Assembly (NCBI GenBank): GCA_965372795.1 | Contig: CBDVDR010000003.1 | Coordinates: 178,265-242,264, forward strand | Source: an uncultured bacterium | Lineage (GTDB): Bacteria; Zixibacteria; MSB-5A5; GN15; FEB-12 | DNA: 64,000 nucleotides | Direction of reading: 5' to 3' | Shown: positions 48,034-57,753 of the stretch, piece by piece | Layout of the letters: each line of letters starts with the position of its first letter | Position numbering within the stretch: position 1 is the stretch's first letter | Notes under the pieces: model-generated | The model's input: the letters and a program-made list of their open reading frames with translations, nothing else | Told to the model about the DNA's origin: nothing | The model's database searches: none | Translations under genes and position numbers: made by a program

Positions 48034-49206
48034 TTACTTATAGAAGTCTAAATATTTGTATCCGCTTCCGGTAATAAAAACAACAATTCGATCATCATTT
48101 TTTATGAAGTTTTCTTTTTTAAGTTTCATAAGGGCTGCCAAGGCTGCTCCACCTTCCGGGGCAGTGAAGATACCTTCTTTTTCAGCTAACAATTTAGAAT
48201 ATTTTAAAATATCATTTTCAGAAACTGAAACAGCAGTACCGCTCGATTTACGAAGGGCATCGAGAATCAGAAAATCTCCAATTGCACCCGGTACTCTTAA
48301 CCCGGCGGCTGCGGTTTGCGGGTTTTCCCAAAGTTCGGCGAAATCTTTGCCTTCGTTGAAGGCTTTGACAATCGGGGCACATCCTTCAGATTGGACCGAA
48401 ATCATTTTGGGTCGTTTTGAGGAAATCCATCCGATTTTTTCCATTTCATCAAAGGCTTTCCACATCCCGATTAAACCGGTACCGCCTCCGGTCGGATAAA
48501 TAATTATTTCTGGCAGATCAAACTCGAATTGTTCAGCAATCTCATAGCCCATTGTTTTTTTGCCTTCAATGCGATATGGCTCTTTAAGAGTCGCCACCGA
48601 GAACCATCCATCCTTGACTAACAAAGCGGCTTTCTCTCCGCTGCCTTTAATGCTCCCCTCAACTAATTCTACCCGGGCTCCGTGAGTTTTGCAATCAATC
48701 ATAAATGGGGCGGGCGTGGTTTTGGGCATGAATATAGCCGTTTCAATTCCACAGCAGGAAGCATACGCCGCCAAGGCGCTTCCGGCATTTCCGGCAGTCG
48801 GAGTTACGATTTTTTTTATGCCCAATTCTTTGGCTTTTGAGACTGCCATGCCCAATCCGCGGGCTTTAAACGATCCGGTTGGATTTGTTGACTCGTCTTT
48901 AAAGAAAAGATTGTTTAACCCTGACTCAGTTCCAATTTGTTTGGATCGGAGCAGTTTGGTGCCGCCTTCTCCTAGAGAAACGATATTGTCAGAGTTTAGT
49001 ACGGGTAAAACTTCAATGAAACGCCACATCGAATTTTCTCTGCTAAGAAGAGATTCTTTGGTTAAAGTAGCCGCAGCCTTTTTATAGTCATAATTAACCA
49101 GCAAAGGGGAACCGCATTGGCAGAGATTTATTATTTCATTAACTGAATATTCAGCCTGACATTTGGGACAATAAAGGTTTTGTACACAAGAATTTGTTAA
49201 GGACAT
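48034..49206 (-). CDS. thrC: Threonine synthase (PLP-dependent)
   Basis: NPTGSFKARG, EGKKTMGYE, PTGGGTG. Confidence 0.85.
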   Translation of the reverse strand: MSLTNSCVQNLYCPKCQAEYSVNEIINLCQCGSPLLVNYDYKKAAATLTKESLLSRENSMWRFIEVLPVLNSDNIVSLGEGGTKLLRSKQIGTESGLNNLFFKDESTNPTGSFKARGLGMAVSKAKELGIKKIVTPTAGNAGSALAAYASCCGIETAIFMPKTTPAPFMIDCKTHGARVELVEGSIKGSGEKAALLVKDGWFSVATLKEPYRIEGKKTMGYEIAEQFEFDLPEIIIYPTGGGTGLIGMWKAFDEMEKIGWISSKRPKMISVQSEGCAPIVKAFNEGKDFAELWENPQTAAAGLRVPGAIGDFLILDALRKSSGTAVSVSENDILKYSKLLAEKEGIFTAPEGGAALAALMKLKKENFIKNDDRIVVFITGSGYKYLDFYK

Positions 49207-49296
49207 ATTTACTCCAATCTGTAAAGTCAGAAGATAACAAAATTATATCTTAGCGTCAGTGATTTTTTATAATAGATAAAAATAGCTATAAAACTA

Positions 49297-49333
49297 TTGA
49301 CAGAGTCAACTATTTGGCTATATTGCCAAGTAG
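49297..49333 (+). promoter_or_regulatory. Promoter with an overlapping ArsR-type operator
   Basis: TTGACA-N16-TATATT; imperfect inverted repeat CTATTTGGCTAT/ATTGCCAAGTAG at 49310-49333. Confidence 0.7.
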
Positions 49334-49351
49334 TATGATTAAGGAAATGCT

Positions 49352-49666
49352 ATGAAAATGAGTAAACGAATTAATTACGAAGAACGAGCCAGAATTATCA
49401 AAGCTCTGGCTCATCCGTCCCGACTGTTAATAATTGATGAGCTGGCAAAAAATGAACATTGCGTGGCTGAATTAACCGAGAAGATCAAAGCTGATATTTC
49501 AACCGTTTCGAAACATCTCACAGTATTAAAAGATTGTGGAATCATTGAGGCTGATAAACGCGGTTTATGGGTTTATTACCGGTTGCGAGTACCCTGTATA
49601 ACTAATTTTTTTGGATGTGTGGAAGAAGTGCTGAAACAGTCGCCAAAACAGGTTACTCAGAAATAA
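49352..49666 (+). CDS. ArsR/SmtB family repressor
   Basis: KALAHPSRL, CVAEL, STVSKHL. Confidence 0.92.
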   Translation: MKMSKRINYEERARIIKALAHPSRLLIIDELAKNEHCVAELTEKIKADISTVSKHLTVLKDCGIIEADKRGLWVYYRLRVPCITNFFGCVEEVLKQSPKQVTQK

Positions 49667-49686
49667 GATAGGTTTAATTTTTTAAT

Positions 49687-50985
49687 ATGACTATATCCAA
49701 AGAGACCAAGCAACTTCTTTCAATCTCAATACTATTTGTAATTTTTTATTACCTGCCGCTTGAGAGTTCCCGTTTTTCCAATGCCATAATTGAAGCCTTG
49801 TATTTAGCCAAATGGTATGCCCGCGAACATGTTTTGCTTTGTCTGGTGCCGGCATTTTTTATAGCTGGCGGAATTGCCGCATTTCTAAATCAGGCTTCGG
49901 TCATGAAGTATCTTGGTCCCGGCGCCAATAAGTTTCTTTCCTATTCGGTTGCATCTGTCTCGGGATCTATTCTGGCTGTATGTTCCTGTACGGTACTGCC
50001 TTTGTTTGCCGGAATATATCGGATGGGCGCAGGATTAGGACCTGCCACAGCATTTTTATATGCCGGTCCGGCAATAAATGTTTTGGCGATTGTTTTAACG
50101 GCTCAGGTTTTGGGAGTGGAACTTGGTATTGCCCGGGCTGTGGGGGCTATCATTTTTTCAATTGTTATCGGTTTGATGATGCATCTGTTTTTTAAGAACG
50201 ATTCAGAAGATGCCCAGGCCGTGAAAGCATCTTTGCCGGAAATTACTGTTACCCGACCGCTCTGGCAGAATTCTCTGTTTTTTGCTTCAATGATTGCAAT
50301 ATTGGTTTTTGCTAACTGGGGTAGTCCCGGTAACGAAGTATCAATCTGGAGTACAATTTATAAATTGAAATGGCTTCTGACTTCTATATCCGGTTTACTG
50401 CTTGGGTTAATTTTAGTTTTTTGGTTTGGATTAAATTGGATAAAAATAACATTAGTTTCAATATTTGTCGCCATTCTGGCTATCATATTTTCTGAATATC
50501 CCACTATTTCATTTACAGCCGGATTTATAGGGCTGGCGGTAATTACCGGCACTTCTCAAGGTGAAAACAAGGAATGGTATAAACAATCGTTCGGATTTGC
50601 GATGCAAATTTTACCATTATTGTTTATTGGTATTTTAATCGCCGGGGCGCTTCTGGGCAGACCTGATCAGGAGGGTTTGATTCCTTCTGGCTGGATCAGT
50701 AATTCAGTTGGAGGAAATTCATTTGGAGCCAATCTTTTTGCTTCGGTAGCCGGGGCATTTATGTATTTTGCAACACTGACAGAAATACCTATATTACAAG
50801 GGTTGATCGGAGCCGGAATGGGCAAAGGACCGGCACTTTCGCTGCTGCTTGCAGGACCGGCATTGTCGCTGCCGAATATGTTTGTGATTCGGAGTGTCAT
50901 GGGAACAAAAAAAACAATAGTATTCGTTCTGCTGGTAATTGTTATGGCTACCATTTGCGGAATGATTTATGGAAGATTTTTCTAA
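49687..50985 (+). CDS. ArsP/DUF318-family permease
   Basis: VCSCTVLPLF, FLYAGPAIN, MYFATLTEIP. Confidence 0.88.
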   Translation: MTISKETKQLLSISILFVIFYYLPLESSRFSNAIIEALYLAKWYAREHVLLCLVPAFFIAGGIAAFLNQASVMKYLGPGANKFLSYSVASVSGSILAVCSCTVLPLFAGIYRMGAGLGPATAFLYAGPAINVLAIVLTAQVLGVELGIARAVGAIIFSIVIGLMMHLFFKNDSEDAQAVKASLPEITVTRPLWQNSLFFASMIAILVFANWGSPGNEVSIWSTIYKLKWLLTSISGLLLGLILVFWFGLNWIKITLVSIFVAILAIIFSEYPTISFTAGFIGLAVITGTSQGENKEWYKQSFGFAMQILPLLFIGILIAGALLGRPDQEGLIPSGWISNSVGGNSFGANLFASVAGAFMYFATLTEIPILQGLIGAGMGKGPALSLLLAGPALSLPNMFVIRSVMGTKKTIVFVLLVIVMATICGMIYGRFF

Positions 50986-50994
50986 GGAGAATAA

Positions 50995-51228
50995 ATGAAA
51001 CAGTTAAAAGTATTAGGACCGGGTTGTGCCAAATGTCAGGAGCTGTACGATCTGGTTGATGAAGCCGCTAAAGGGACCGGGGTGGAATATGAACTTGAAA
51101 AAATATCCGATATCAATCAGATTATGAGTTTTGGAGTTATGTTTACTCCGGCTCTGGTTGTTGATGGGGAAGTAAAATTCAGCGGTAAAGTTCCTTCGGT
51201 AGAAGAAATCAGTAAATTTATAATTTGA
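50995..51228 (+). CDS. Small redox-active disulfide protein (thioredoxin family)
   Basis: LGPGCAKC, TPALVVDG. Confidence 0.9.
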   Translation: MKQLKVLGPGCAKCQELYDLVDEAAKGTGVEYELEKISDINQIMSFGVMFTPALVVDGEVKFSGKVPSVEEISKFII

Positions 51229-51238
51229 AAGAGATAGT

Positions 51239-51712
51239 ATGAATTCCAAAAAAATCTTAACAACTGCTCTTTTATTATTTGTCGTTTTCAGTGTTATCTA
51301 TCTGTTCATTAATGAGAGCAATCCAAAATCTGATGATGTTACTGAACAGGCAATTCCTGTAGCATCAAGTAAGTCGCCTAATTTGATGGCGTACTATTTT
51401 CACAGCAATCGCCGGTGTGTCTCCTGTAAAAAAATTGAAGCCTTTTCAAATGAAGCAATCACGCTTGGTTTTGCCGAACAGCTGCAAGACAGTTCGATGG
51501 TTTGGCAGATTGTAAATTATGAATCGGAAGGCAACGAACATTTTGTTAAAGAGTTTGAGTTATATACCCAATCTTTGATAATAATTGATCTTGATTCCGG
51601 CGAAAAAGTTCGCTGGAAAAATCTTGAAAAAGTCTGGGAATATCTGGATGACAAAGATAAATTCATCGAATACGTTAAAACAGAAATCGGATTGTATCTT
51701 GGTGAGGTTTGA
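51239..51712 (+). CDS. ArsF-like periplasmic thioredoxin-fold protein
   Basis: YYFHSNRRCVSCKKIE; TM anchor. Confidence 0.75.
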   Translation: MNSKKILTTALLLFVVFSVIYLFINESNPKSDDVTEQAIPVASSKSPNLMAYYFHSNRRCVSCKKIEAFSNEAITLGFAEQLQDSSMVWQIVNYESEGNEHFVKEFELYTQSLIIIDLDSGEKVRWKNLEKVWEYLDDKDKFIEYVKTEIGLYLGEV

Positions 51713-52404
51713 TGGATAGTCTTACCACCGCTATTATGACTTCGGTTTGGCTGGGGATAATGATGTCTATCAGCCCCTGTCCGTTAGCAACCAATATTGC
51801 CGCCGTTGCATTTATCGGGCAAAGGATAGATAAAACCTGGCAGACTTTGTTAGCCGGGCTGTTTTATACATTGGGGAGAATTTTAAGCTATACGATTATC
51901 GGGATTGTTATTAGTGTCAGTTTTATTTCGGTTTCTGAATTGTCGATGTTTCTTCAAAACTATATGAATAAAATAATCGGTCCGATTTTGATTGTAACCG
52001 GGATGTTTCTATTAGAATTGATTCAGATAAAAAGTAAATCGGGAAGATTTCAACAAATGATGCAGAACCGAGCTGAAAAATCCCCTCTGGCAGCATCCGG
52101 GTTTTTAGGATTTATGTTCGCTTTGTCATTTTGTCCGGTATCGGCGGCTCTGTTTTTTGGCTCTTTGATACCGCTTGCGATTAAATTTTCTTCACCGGTT
52201 ATTTTACCGGCTATGTTTGGGGTAGGCAGCGGTGTTCCGGTTATTTTATTTTCGTTGCTTTTAGTATTCAGTACCGCCTCGGTAAGTAAAATTTTTGATA
52301 AGCTTGGTTTAATAGAAAAATGGATGCGGAAAATTACCGGAATATTATTGCTTCTAATTGGAATTTATTTAAGCTTAAAGTTTATTTTTAAAATCATCCC
52401 ATAA
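51709..52404 (+). CDS. ArsG/CcdA-like transmembrane disulfide-transfer protein
   Basis: SPCPLATNIAA, FCPVSAALFFG. Confidence 0.8.
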   Translation: MMDSLTTAIMTSVWLGIMMSISPCPLATNIAAVAFIGQRIDKTWQTLLAGLFYTLGRILSYTIIGIVISVSFISVSELSMFLQNYMNKIIGPILIVTGMFLLELIQIKSKSGRFQQMMQNRAEKSPLAASGFLGFMFALSFCPVSAALFFGSLIPLAIKFSSPVILPAMFGVGSGVPVILFSLLLVFSTASVSKIFDKLGLIEKWMRKITGILLLLIGIYLSLKFIFKIIP

Positions 52405-52472
52405 TAACGGCTTGACAGCATCCGACCAATTCTATTATTTTTTAATCTGATTCATTAATATAGGATATAAAA

Positions 52473-53333
52473 ATGAAATCAATTTTGAAGATTATACTTA
52501 TTGGATGTGTCTTTATTTTATCCATGACAGAATTTTCTCAATCCAATGAAGGTGAGGTAACTTTGCAAACATATGAAGATTATTTTGTTAAACTTCTGGG
52601 CACCCGTGATGGCTGGCCTGACAATATGACTGCCGATGAAGAACGCATAATGACCGAGCATTTTCTTTATTTAAAAGATTTAATTGCTCAAAAGAAAGTT
52701 GCCGTTGCCGGACCGGTTTTTGGAAATGTATTTGGTCTGCTTATTCTTCGGGTAGAAAACAAAGAGGAAGCCTTAGAAATAATGTCAAAAGAACCATCGG
52801 TAGTTCAGGGTGTTCATACTTATGAAATTTCACCGATGAAACTCTCGTTGATGATGGATAATACAAATAGTGAACGATATGTGGCTGAACCAAACTCAAA
52901 GACAATTTATAAAGAAATTGAGATCAACGCATCAGCCGAAGCTATCTTCAATAGATGGACTACTACTGACGGAATAAAAGAATTCTTCTGTCAAAATTCT
53001 TATATTGAATTACAACCTGGGGGAGCCTTTGAAATTTATTTTTCTATGGACGAACCGTATGGCAGGCGAGGGTCGGAAGATTGTAAAATCTTAAGCTATA
53101 TACCCAACCGGATGTTTTCGTTTGAATGGAACGCTCCGCCAGATTTTGGGAAACTACGTGATAAACGAACTCAGGTTGTGATAGTATTTGAAGAAACAGA
53201 ATCCGGTATTACTAAAGTCAGTTTAACTCAACTTGGTTGGGGTAATGGGGAAGAATGGGAAAAACTGTATGCTTATTTTGATACTGCCTGGGAATATGTG
53301 TTAGGGAAATTAAAAGAAAGTTTTGAAAATTAA
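52473..53333 (+). CDS. Secreted YciI-domain plus SRPBCC/AHSA1-domain fusion protein
   Basis: Signal peptide; EHFLYLK...AGP (YciI-like); WTT.DG...GGAFEI...SFEWNAPP (SRPBCC-like). Confidence 0.7.
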   Translation: MKSILKIILIGCVFILSMTEFSQSNEGEVTLQTYEDYFVKLLGTRDGWPDNMTADEERIMTEHFLYLKDLIAQKKVAVAGPVFGNVFGLLILRVENKEEALEIMSKEPSVVQGVHTYEISPMKLSLMMDNTNSERYVAEPNSKTIYKEIEINASAEAIFNRWTTTDGIKEFFCQNSYIELQPGGAFEIYFSMDEPYGRRGSEDCKILSYIPNRMFSFEWNAPPDFGKLRDKRTQVVIVFEETESGITKVSLTQLGWGNGEEWEKLYAYFDTAWEYVLGKLKESFEN

Positions 53334-53344
53334 GCAATCAATAG

Positions 53345-54532
53345 CTATTGATTATCTTGATGTTTCAATTTACGGCTGCCGGTATACATTTCAAATTTAA
53401 GCAAGCGGCACTCAATCGGACCGTTAAATAGTTTAATTTTTTGTGAGGTTCGGAGTCCAATTTTTTTGGCGGCTTTGATATTTCCGGTAAAAACATAAGC
53501 ATTATAACCGTCATAATTCTTTTTGAAGCTATCACCAACCTCGCCATAAAGTTTTTCAATATCCTCAACAGAAATTCTTTCACCATAGGGAGGATTTATA
53601 ATTAAAATTCCCGGGGGAGGTGGTGGGTCTTGATGACGAATATCTTTAACCTCAAAATTTATATCAGCATCGACACCGGCTCTTTTTGCGTTTGCTTTTG
53701 CTTCTCTAATCGAGCCCTGGTTATTGTCGGACCCTACAATCTTAAATGGAATGTTTGATATTACATCACTTTTGGCGGCATCTAATAGTTGATGATATAG
53801 CGGTTGGCTATAGCCATTCCAATTCATAAAGGTAAATTTTTTCCGGATAATTCCCGGCGCAATATTTCTTGCAATCATTGCCGCTTCAATGAGGAATGTT
53901 CCCGACCCACACATGGCATCAATCAGATTAGTTTTTTTATCCCAGGTGGTAAGTTCAATAATTCCGGCAGCAAGCATTTCATTTAAGGGTGCTCTTCCGC
54001 CTTCTTTGCGATAGCCTCTTCTAAAAAGAGCTTCACCCGATGAATCAAGCGACAGGGTCACTTTATTTTCGTGCATATGGAGATTGATTCTAATATCCGG
54101 ATTTTTGATATCAACCGAGGGTCTTGAGCCGCTTAAATCACGAAATCGGTCGACTATAGCATCTTTTGTGAGCTGGGCAACATAAAGTGAATTGTCAAAA
54201 GTGGAGTGACTTACTACGGTATCAACAGCAATCGTCCTTGAGACTTCGAAATAGTCTTCCCATTTGACTTTCTTTACAGCGGAGTATAATTTTTTCTCGG
54301 TATGAGCCTGAAAAGAGACAATCGGCAGCAATATCCTGCTTGCGAGTCGACAATGGATATTGGCTTTATAGAGCAGTTTGACATCTCCATAAAATTCAAC
54401 TGATCGGTTCATCATATTTACCCGATCAGCTCCAATTGAAATAAGTTCTTTTTTGAGAATTTCTTCCAAGCCAAAAAGGGTTTTGGCAATCATTCTGAAA
54501 TCGGAGCTTTTTTTCTGCTCAATATTACTCAT
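53345..54532 (-). CDS. rlmL: THUMP-domain RNA methyltransferase (RlmL-like)
   Basis: GLEEILKKEL, RGYR...APLNE, DAMCGSGT, NPPYGER. Confidence 0.85.
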   Translation of the reverse strand: MSNIEQKKSSDFRMIAKTLFGLEEILKKELISIGADRVNMMNRSVEFYGDVKLLYKANIHCRLASRILLPIVSFQAHTEKKLYSAVKKVKWEDYFEVSRTIAVDTVVSHSTFDNSLYVAQLTKDAIVDRFRDLSGSRPSVDIKNPDIRINLHMHENKVTLSLDSSGEALFRRGYRKEGGRAPLNEMLAAGIIELTTWDKKTNLIDAMCGSGTFLIEAAMIARNIAPGIIRKKFTFMNWNGYSQPLYHQLLDAAKSDVISNIPFKIVGSDNNQGSIREAKANAKRAGVDADINFEVKDIRHQDPPPPPGILIINPPYGERISVEDIEKLYGEVGDSFKKNYDGYNAYVFTGNIKAAKKIGLRTSQKIKLFNGPIECRLLKFEMYTGSRKLKHQDNQ

Positions 54533-54700
54533 AATGAGAAAGTAGCCCGAATTTACAATAAGTCAACCATTTACAGGGCAACATTAATTCTTTCTCACAT
54601 TTTGAAGAAACTGCGTCTTTAAGATGTAAAAGTATTTGCGTCTATTAAAAAAAACTCTATCTTAAGGGGTTTGCCGAGATAAAACCTTTTAAAAAGGCCT

Positions 54701-57118
54701 GTGGAAATAATGAAAATTAAACATAATATGGAAACAATAACGATTAAACAAAAACTGCCTTTATTGCCTCTCAGAGATGTTGTTGTTTTCCCTCATATGA
54801 TATACCCGCTTTTAGTTGGAAGAGAATTCACTATTAATGCTCTTCAGGAAGCAATGGTAAAAGATAAGCAGATAATGCTCATTGCTCAGATAAAGGCCGG
54901 GGTAGATAATCCAAAACCATCTGATTTGTATCGGGTTGGAGTAGTTGCCCGGATTCTTCAGGTAATGAAAATGCCAAATGGTACGCTCAAGGTCTTAGTT
55001 GAAGGCATCACCCGCGCCCGGATAAAATCGTTTTCAAAAAACCCCAAATATATTCCGGTGAATATCTCTGTAATTAAAGCAGAGGAAAAAGCAAGTGATC
55101 GTGAAACCGAAGCCCTCTCCCGAAAAGTGGTTGAGGAGTTTACAGAATATGTTCGCTTAAATCGAAGAATTCCAGATGAAGTACTGGTTTCGATAGCATC
55201 CATTGAGAATTATTCTCAACGAGCCGATTCTATGGCGGCTCACCTGCTTCAGAAAATTGAAGTAAAGCAGGAGCTTCTTGATGCTGTGACGGTAAAAGAT
55301 CAATTCAAAATTCTATCAAGAATTTTAACTGAAGAGATTGAAATTCTAAAAATTGAGCATAAAATTGATGGCACGGTTCGTGAATCATTATCTCAGAGCC
55401 AAAAAGAATATTATCTTCAACAACAGCTGAAAGCGATCAAAGATGAACTTGGTCAATTTGATGAACCGGGGGCAGAAGTTGATGATCTTTATTCAAAGCT
55501 GGACAACGGTGAATTTCCGGAAGCTGTAAGAGTTAAAGCTGAAGAAGAGATCAAAAAACTATCAAAAATGCACCCTTATTCAGCCGAATCAGGTGTTGTC
55601 AGAAGCTATCTGGAATGGCTCTTAAATCTTCCCTGGAACGAAAATACAGTTGATCGAGTCAATTTTAAGCAGGTAAAAGAGATTTTGGACAGCGACCATT
55701 ATGGTTTAGAAAAAGCTAAACAGAGGATATTGGAACATCTTGCGGTTATTAAGCTTGCCGGCAAAGTTCGAGGACCTATTCTATGTCTGACCGGTCCTCC
55801 GGGAGTTGGTAAAACTTCTGTCGGAAAATCGATTGCAAGAGCTTTGGATAGAAAATTTGCACGGATGTCATTAGGCGGAGTTCATGATGAAGCCGAGATT
55901 AGAGGTCATCGCAGAACCTATATCGGAGCTTTACCGGGGAGAATCATTCAGTCGCTTAAAAAAGCTGACTCCTCGAATCCAGTATTTTTGTTGGATGAAG
56001 TTGATAAACTTGGCAAGGATTTTCGTGGTGATCCGGCTTCGGCATTGCTGGAAGTTCTTGATCCGGAACAGAATAGTACTTTTACAGACAACTATCTTGA
56101 AGTTGAATATAATCTTTCGAATATATTATTTGTTACGACAGCTAATACAACCTCAACAATTCCAGCCCCGCTTCGTGATAGAATGGAAATAATACACCTG
56201 CCCGGATATCTTGATTTTGAAAAATTGAACATCGCGCGGAATTTCTTATTACCAAAACTTATTCCAGAAATCGGACTTAAAAAAATAAAAGTTGAATTTA
56301 CTGACGATGCAATTTTTGAAGTGATTAATCATTATACCCGAGAGGCTGGAGTTCGTGAGTTGGAACGCCAACTCGGTTCTATTCTTAGAAAATCCGCCTT
56401 AGAGATTGCCATAGGTAAGAAGATAAAAAAACTGGTAATCAATGATCGAAAAGTTCACAAACTGCTCGGGGCGCCTAAATTTATAGGGACTAATATTAAA
56501 ACAACACCAACAATCGGGTATTCAGTTGGCTTAGCCTGGACTGAACTTGGCGGTGATGTGCTTCCGGTTGAAGTTGTCCCAATGAAAGGTAAAGGTAAAC
56601 TGACTCTTACCGGTTCATTAGGTGAAGTTATGCGCGAGTCAGCCTCGGCTGCTCTTTCATATATTCGTAATCATGCCTGGAATTTTGGATTAAAAGATGA
56701 TTTCTTTGAATCTGTTGATCTTCATATTCATATTCCGGAAGGTGCCGTTCCGAAAGAAGGTCCTTCTGCAGGGGTGACCCTAATAACGGCTCTGGTATCG
56801 ACCCTGACAGATATTCCCGTTAAAACAGATATTGCGATGACTGGTGAAATAACTTTAAGTGGCGATGTTTTACCGGTTGGCGGTTTGAATGAGAAACTTC
56901 TGGCTGCTAAGCGCATGGAAATATTTGAAATAATTGCTCCTGATAAAAATCGAAAAGATATTAAAGAGCTTTCAAAGGATCTTTTGGAAGGCTTAACGAT
57001 TCATTATGTGAAAACAGTTAAAGATGTTCTGAAACATGCGCTGGTTGAATCTCCATTTAAAAATAAATCATCCAAGTCCAGAGGTATCAGCAGATATTCA
57101 GTTCAGTCTTTAAATTGA
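54701..57118 (+). CDS. lon: ATP-dependent protease La
   Basis: LPLRDVVVFP, GPPGVGKTS, PKEGPSAG; true start may be ATG 54710 or 54728. Confidence 0.97.
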   Translation: MEIMKIKHNMETITIKQKLPLLPLRDVVVFPHMIYPLLVGREFTINALQEAMVKDKQIMLIAQIKAGVDNPKPSDLYRVGVVARILQVMKMPNGTLKVLVEGITRARIKSFSKNPKYIPVNISVIKAEEKASDRETEALSRKVVEEFTEYVRLNRRIPDEVLVSIASIENYSQRADSMAAHLLQKIEVKQELLDAVTVKDQFKILSRILTEEIEILKIEHKIDGTVRESLSQSQKEYYLQQQLKAIKDELGQFDEPGAEVDDLYSKLDNGEFPEAVRVKAEEEIKKLSKMHPYSAESGVVRSYLEWLLNLPWNENTVDRVNFKQVKEILDSDHYGLEKAKQRILEHLAVIKLAGKVRGPILCLTGPPGVGKTSVGKSIARALDRKFARMSLGGVHDEAEIRGHRRTYIGALPGRIIQSLKKADSSNPVFLLDEVDKLGKDFRGDPASALLEVLDPEQNSTFTDNYLEVEYNLSNILFVTTANTTSTIPAPLRDRMEIIHLPGYLDFEKLNIARNFLLPKLIPEIGLKKIKVEFTDDAIFEVINHYTREAGVRELERQLGSILRKSALEIAIGKKIKKLVINDRKVHKLLGAPKFIGTNIKTTPTIGYSVGLAWTELGGDVLPVEVVPMKGKGKLTLTGSLGEVMRESASAALSYIRNHAWNFGLKDDFFESVDLHIHIPEGAVPKEGPSAGVTLITALVSTLTDIPVKTDIAMTGEITLSGDVLPVGGLNEKLLAAKRMEIFEIIAPDKNRKDIKELSKDLLEGLTIHYVKTVKDVLKHALVESPFKNKSSKSRGISRYSVQSLN

Positions 57119-57148
57119 GAATGAAAAATAAAACCGAAGGGTTGAGTC

Positions 57149-57748
57149 ATAGCTAAATTAATTACCAGTGAGTTTATCGGCTCCTTTTTTAAACTTGAAC
57201 AACTGCCTAAAGACCGAAAACCACAAATTGCTCTGGCCGGTCGATCTAATGTTGGCAAGTCATCTTTGTTGAATAAATTGGTTGGTAAAAAAAATCATGC
57301 CAAAGTTTCTTCTACTCCCGGCAAAACGCGATCACTTAACTACTTTCAAATAAATGAATCATTTTATCTGGTGGATTTACCCGGATATGGATATGCGAGG
57401 ATTCCAAAATCTATTAAAGATAGCTGGGGGAAACTGATTGAGGATTATTTGATGGAATGCAAAGATCTGATCGGCCTGGTATTTCTTTTGGATTGCCGTC
57501 GGAATCCGAATAATGAAGATTTGGAGCTGCTTGATTGGCTGTCCCAAAGAGGTCTTCCGGTTATGATCGTAATTACAAAGACAGATAAATTAACACGAGA
57601 TAAAACAAACCGTAAATTGAAACAACTCGAAAAAGAATATGATGTTAGCGGAATACCTTTCTCAACTGTTTCAGGAGTAGGTAAACACCAATTATTAAAT
57701 GCGGTTTTTTCACTTGCAGAGGAACACAATAAACGCATAAAGGCGTAA
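57149..57748 (+). CDS. engB: Ribosome biogenesis GTPase YihA/YsxC (non-canonical start)
   Basis: G1 motif GRSNVGKS lies upstream of the ORF-track start; frame is open back to ATA 57149; DLPGYG and TKTD motifs. Confidence 0.9.
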   Translation: MAKLITSEFIGSFFKLEQLPKDRKPQIALAGRSNVGKSSLLNKLVGKKNHAKVSSTPGKTRSLNYFQINESFYLVDLPGYGYARIPKSIKDSWGKLIEDYLMECKDLIGLVFLLDCRRNPNNEDLELLDWLSQRGLPVMIVITKTDKLTRDKTNRKLKQLEKEYDVSGIPFSTVSGVGKHQLLNAVFSLAEEHNKRIKA

Positions 57749-57753
57749 ATAAT

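Noticed and set aside
49687..52404. Selenocysteine recoding in the redox cluster
   Set aside because: All redox motifs are Cys-encoded and the ORFs are full length without an in-frame TGA.
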